From assembly GCA_965112155.1 (NCBI GenBank), contig OZ218105.1: 64,000 nt of DNA; one strand, 5' to 3'. Below the pieces are notes generated by a model, which did not search any database, was not told where the DNA came from, and saw only the letters and a program-made list of their open reading frames with translations. This document shows, in pieces, positions 63,096-64,000 of this stretch. The position numbers and the translations under genes were made by a program. The stretch comes from Podarcis liolepis. Its lineage: Eukaryota. Within the stretch, counting starts at the first letter, position 1. Each line of letters opens with the position of its first letter.

Positions 63096-64000
63096 ATAAG
63101 AAGTAATGCAGGTAGCTGTTTTGGAATTACCTGATTGCACTACTTCTTATTAAGCCATTTGGCAGAATATCCATCAACCTGCTCTTAAATTCTAACTGTT
63201 CTGCAACAAATCCCTAATCTCCTTAGCACCATTACAAAACATGTCAGGCTGTAGACCTGAGTTATGTCCATTTAACAGTAAATCTGAACCTTCTTTCCAC
63301 ATATCATTGAAAACACTGGTTCATACTTTAAATGGCTTACTCTGGTAAATAACGTGTGTGTGTGTGTGTTGTCAAGCTTTGAAGTGATCCAACAGTTGCT
63401 AATAAAGGTTTCCAGTTGTTGAAATATCAACAATAAAATTCAAATCTCAGAAGTTGTTGGTTAAGTTAGTTGCTCCGTTGGAAGTCTCCACAAGTCGTGC
63501 CACACAGGAATGTTGTCAGAGTAGCAATGCATAAGAGTCCACCTCAAATAAGCCCTAGGGCAAAGTGAGCTATCATTCAATCCAATTGTCTTAGCTCACT
63601 CAGGGAGAAAATAACTCGGGAACCATTCAAGCAAAACTTAATCTATCGCTGCCACCTTATCAATTGCACTGGAGATGTCTGCTGCTCCATCTAAGAAAAT
63701 CTAACTTGTACGTGTTCATTGCCTAAGAGAAACAACTGTCTAACCTTACCTTCTATTAGGAAAACTTTCTCATTTGTTTCTTGATGGCTTGGAAGGTCTA
63801 ATGTCTGGTTTTTATTACAAAGGATTTGGGCTAGTTCTTTTATATTTTTTCTTCATGTCAAAGGGATATATACATTGACTCATTTGGGCATGGCATGAAT
63901 CCTTTGACCAGTAGAAAACAGGCAAAAAAGAGGAAGCAATATATTTCTAGGCCACTACGAGAAAGATTTCATAAGTAGGTTTTAAAAAATCAAAACACCA

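Overview
Squamate reptile genomic DNA (repeat content points to a lacertid-type lizard), not microbial. The + strand carries the 3' half of MMP16 (MT3-MMP): hemopexin exons at 6496-6634, 16947-17097 and 25407-25522 (the last is missing from the ORF track), plus the terminal coding exon from 33227. A 154-N gap (33468-33621) hides the rest of the transmembrane helix, the cytoplasmic tail and the stop codon. A probable ~12 kb 3' UTR ends near AATAAA at 45929. The rest is intron or intergenic DNA dense in mobile elements: Sauria SINEs, a MIR/Squam3-type SINE, tRNA-Lys and tRNA-Ile SINEs with CR1 tails, RTE, L1, L2 and CR1 fragments, and hAT and Tc1/mariner MITEs. The most striking structures are two young fold-back Penelope-like mini-elements (46160-46403, 48628-48829). 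They have perfect 94-bp and 75-bp arms and 14-bp TSDs, and they carry minimal type I hammerhead ribozyme motifs just downstream of the putative MMP16 poly(A) site. A decayed third motif lies at 39152-39192. Almost all other ORF-track entries are spurious or repeat-derived. Repeat family names and mammalian comparisons come from recall, not from a database search.
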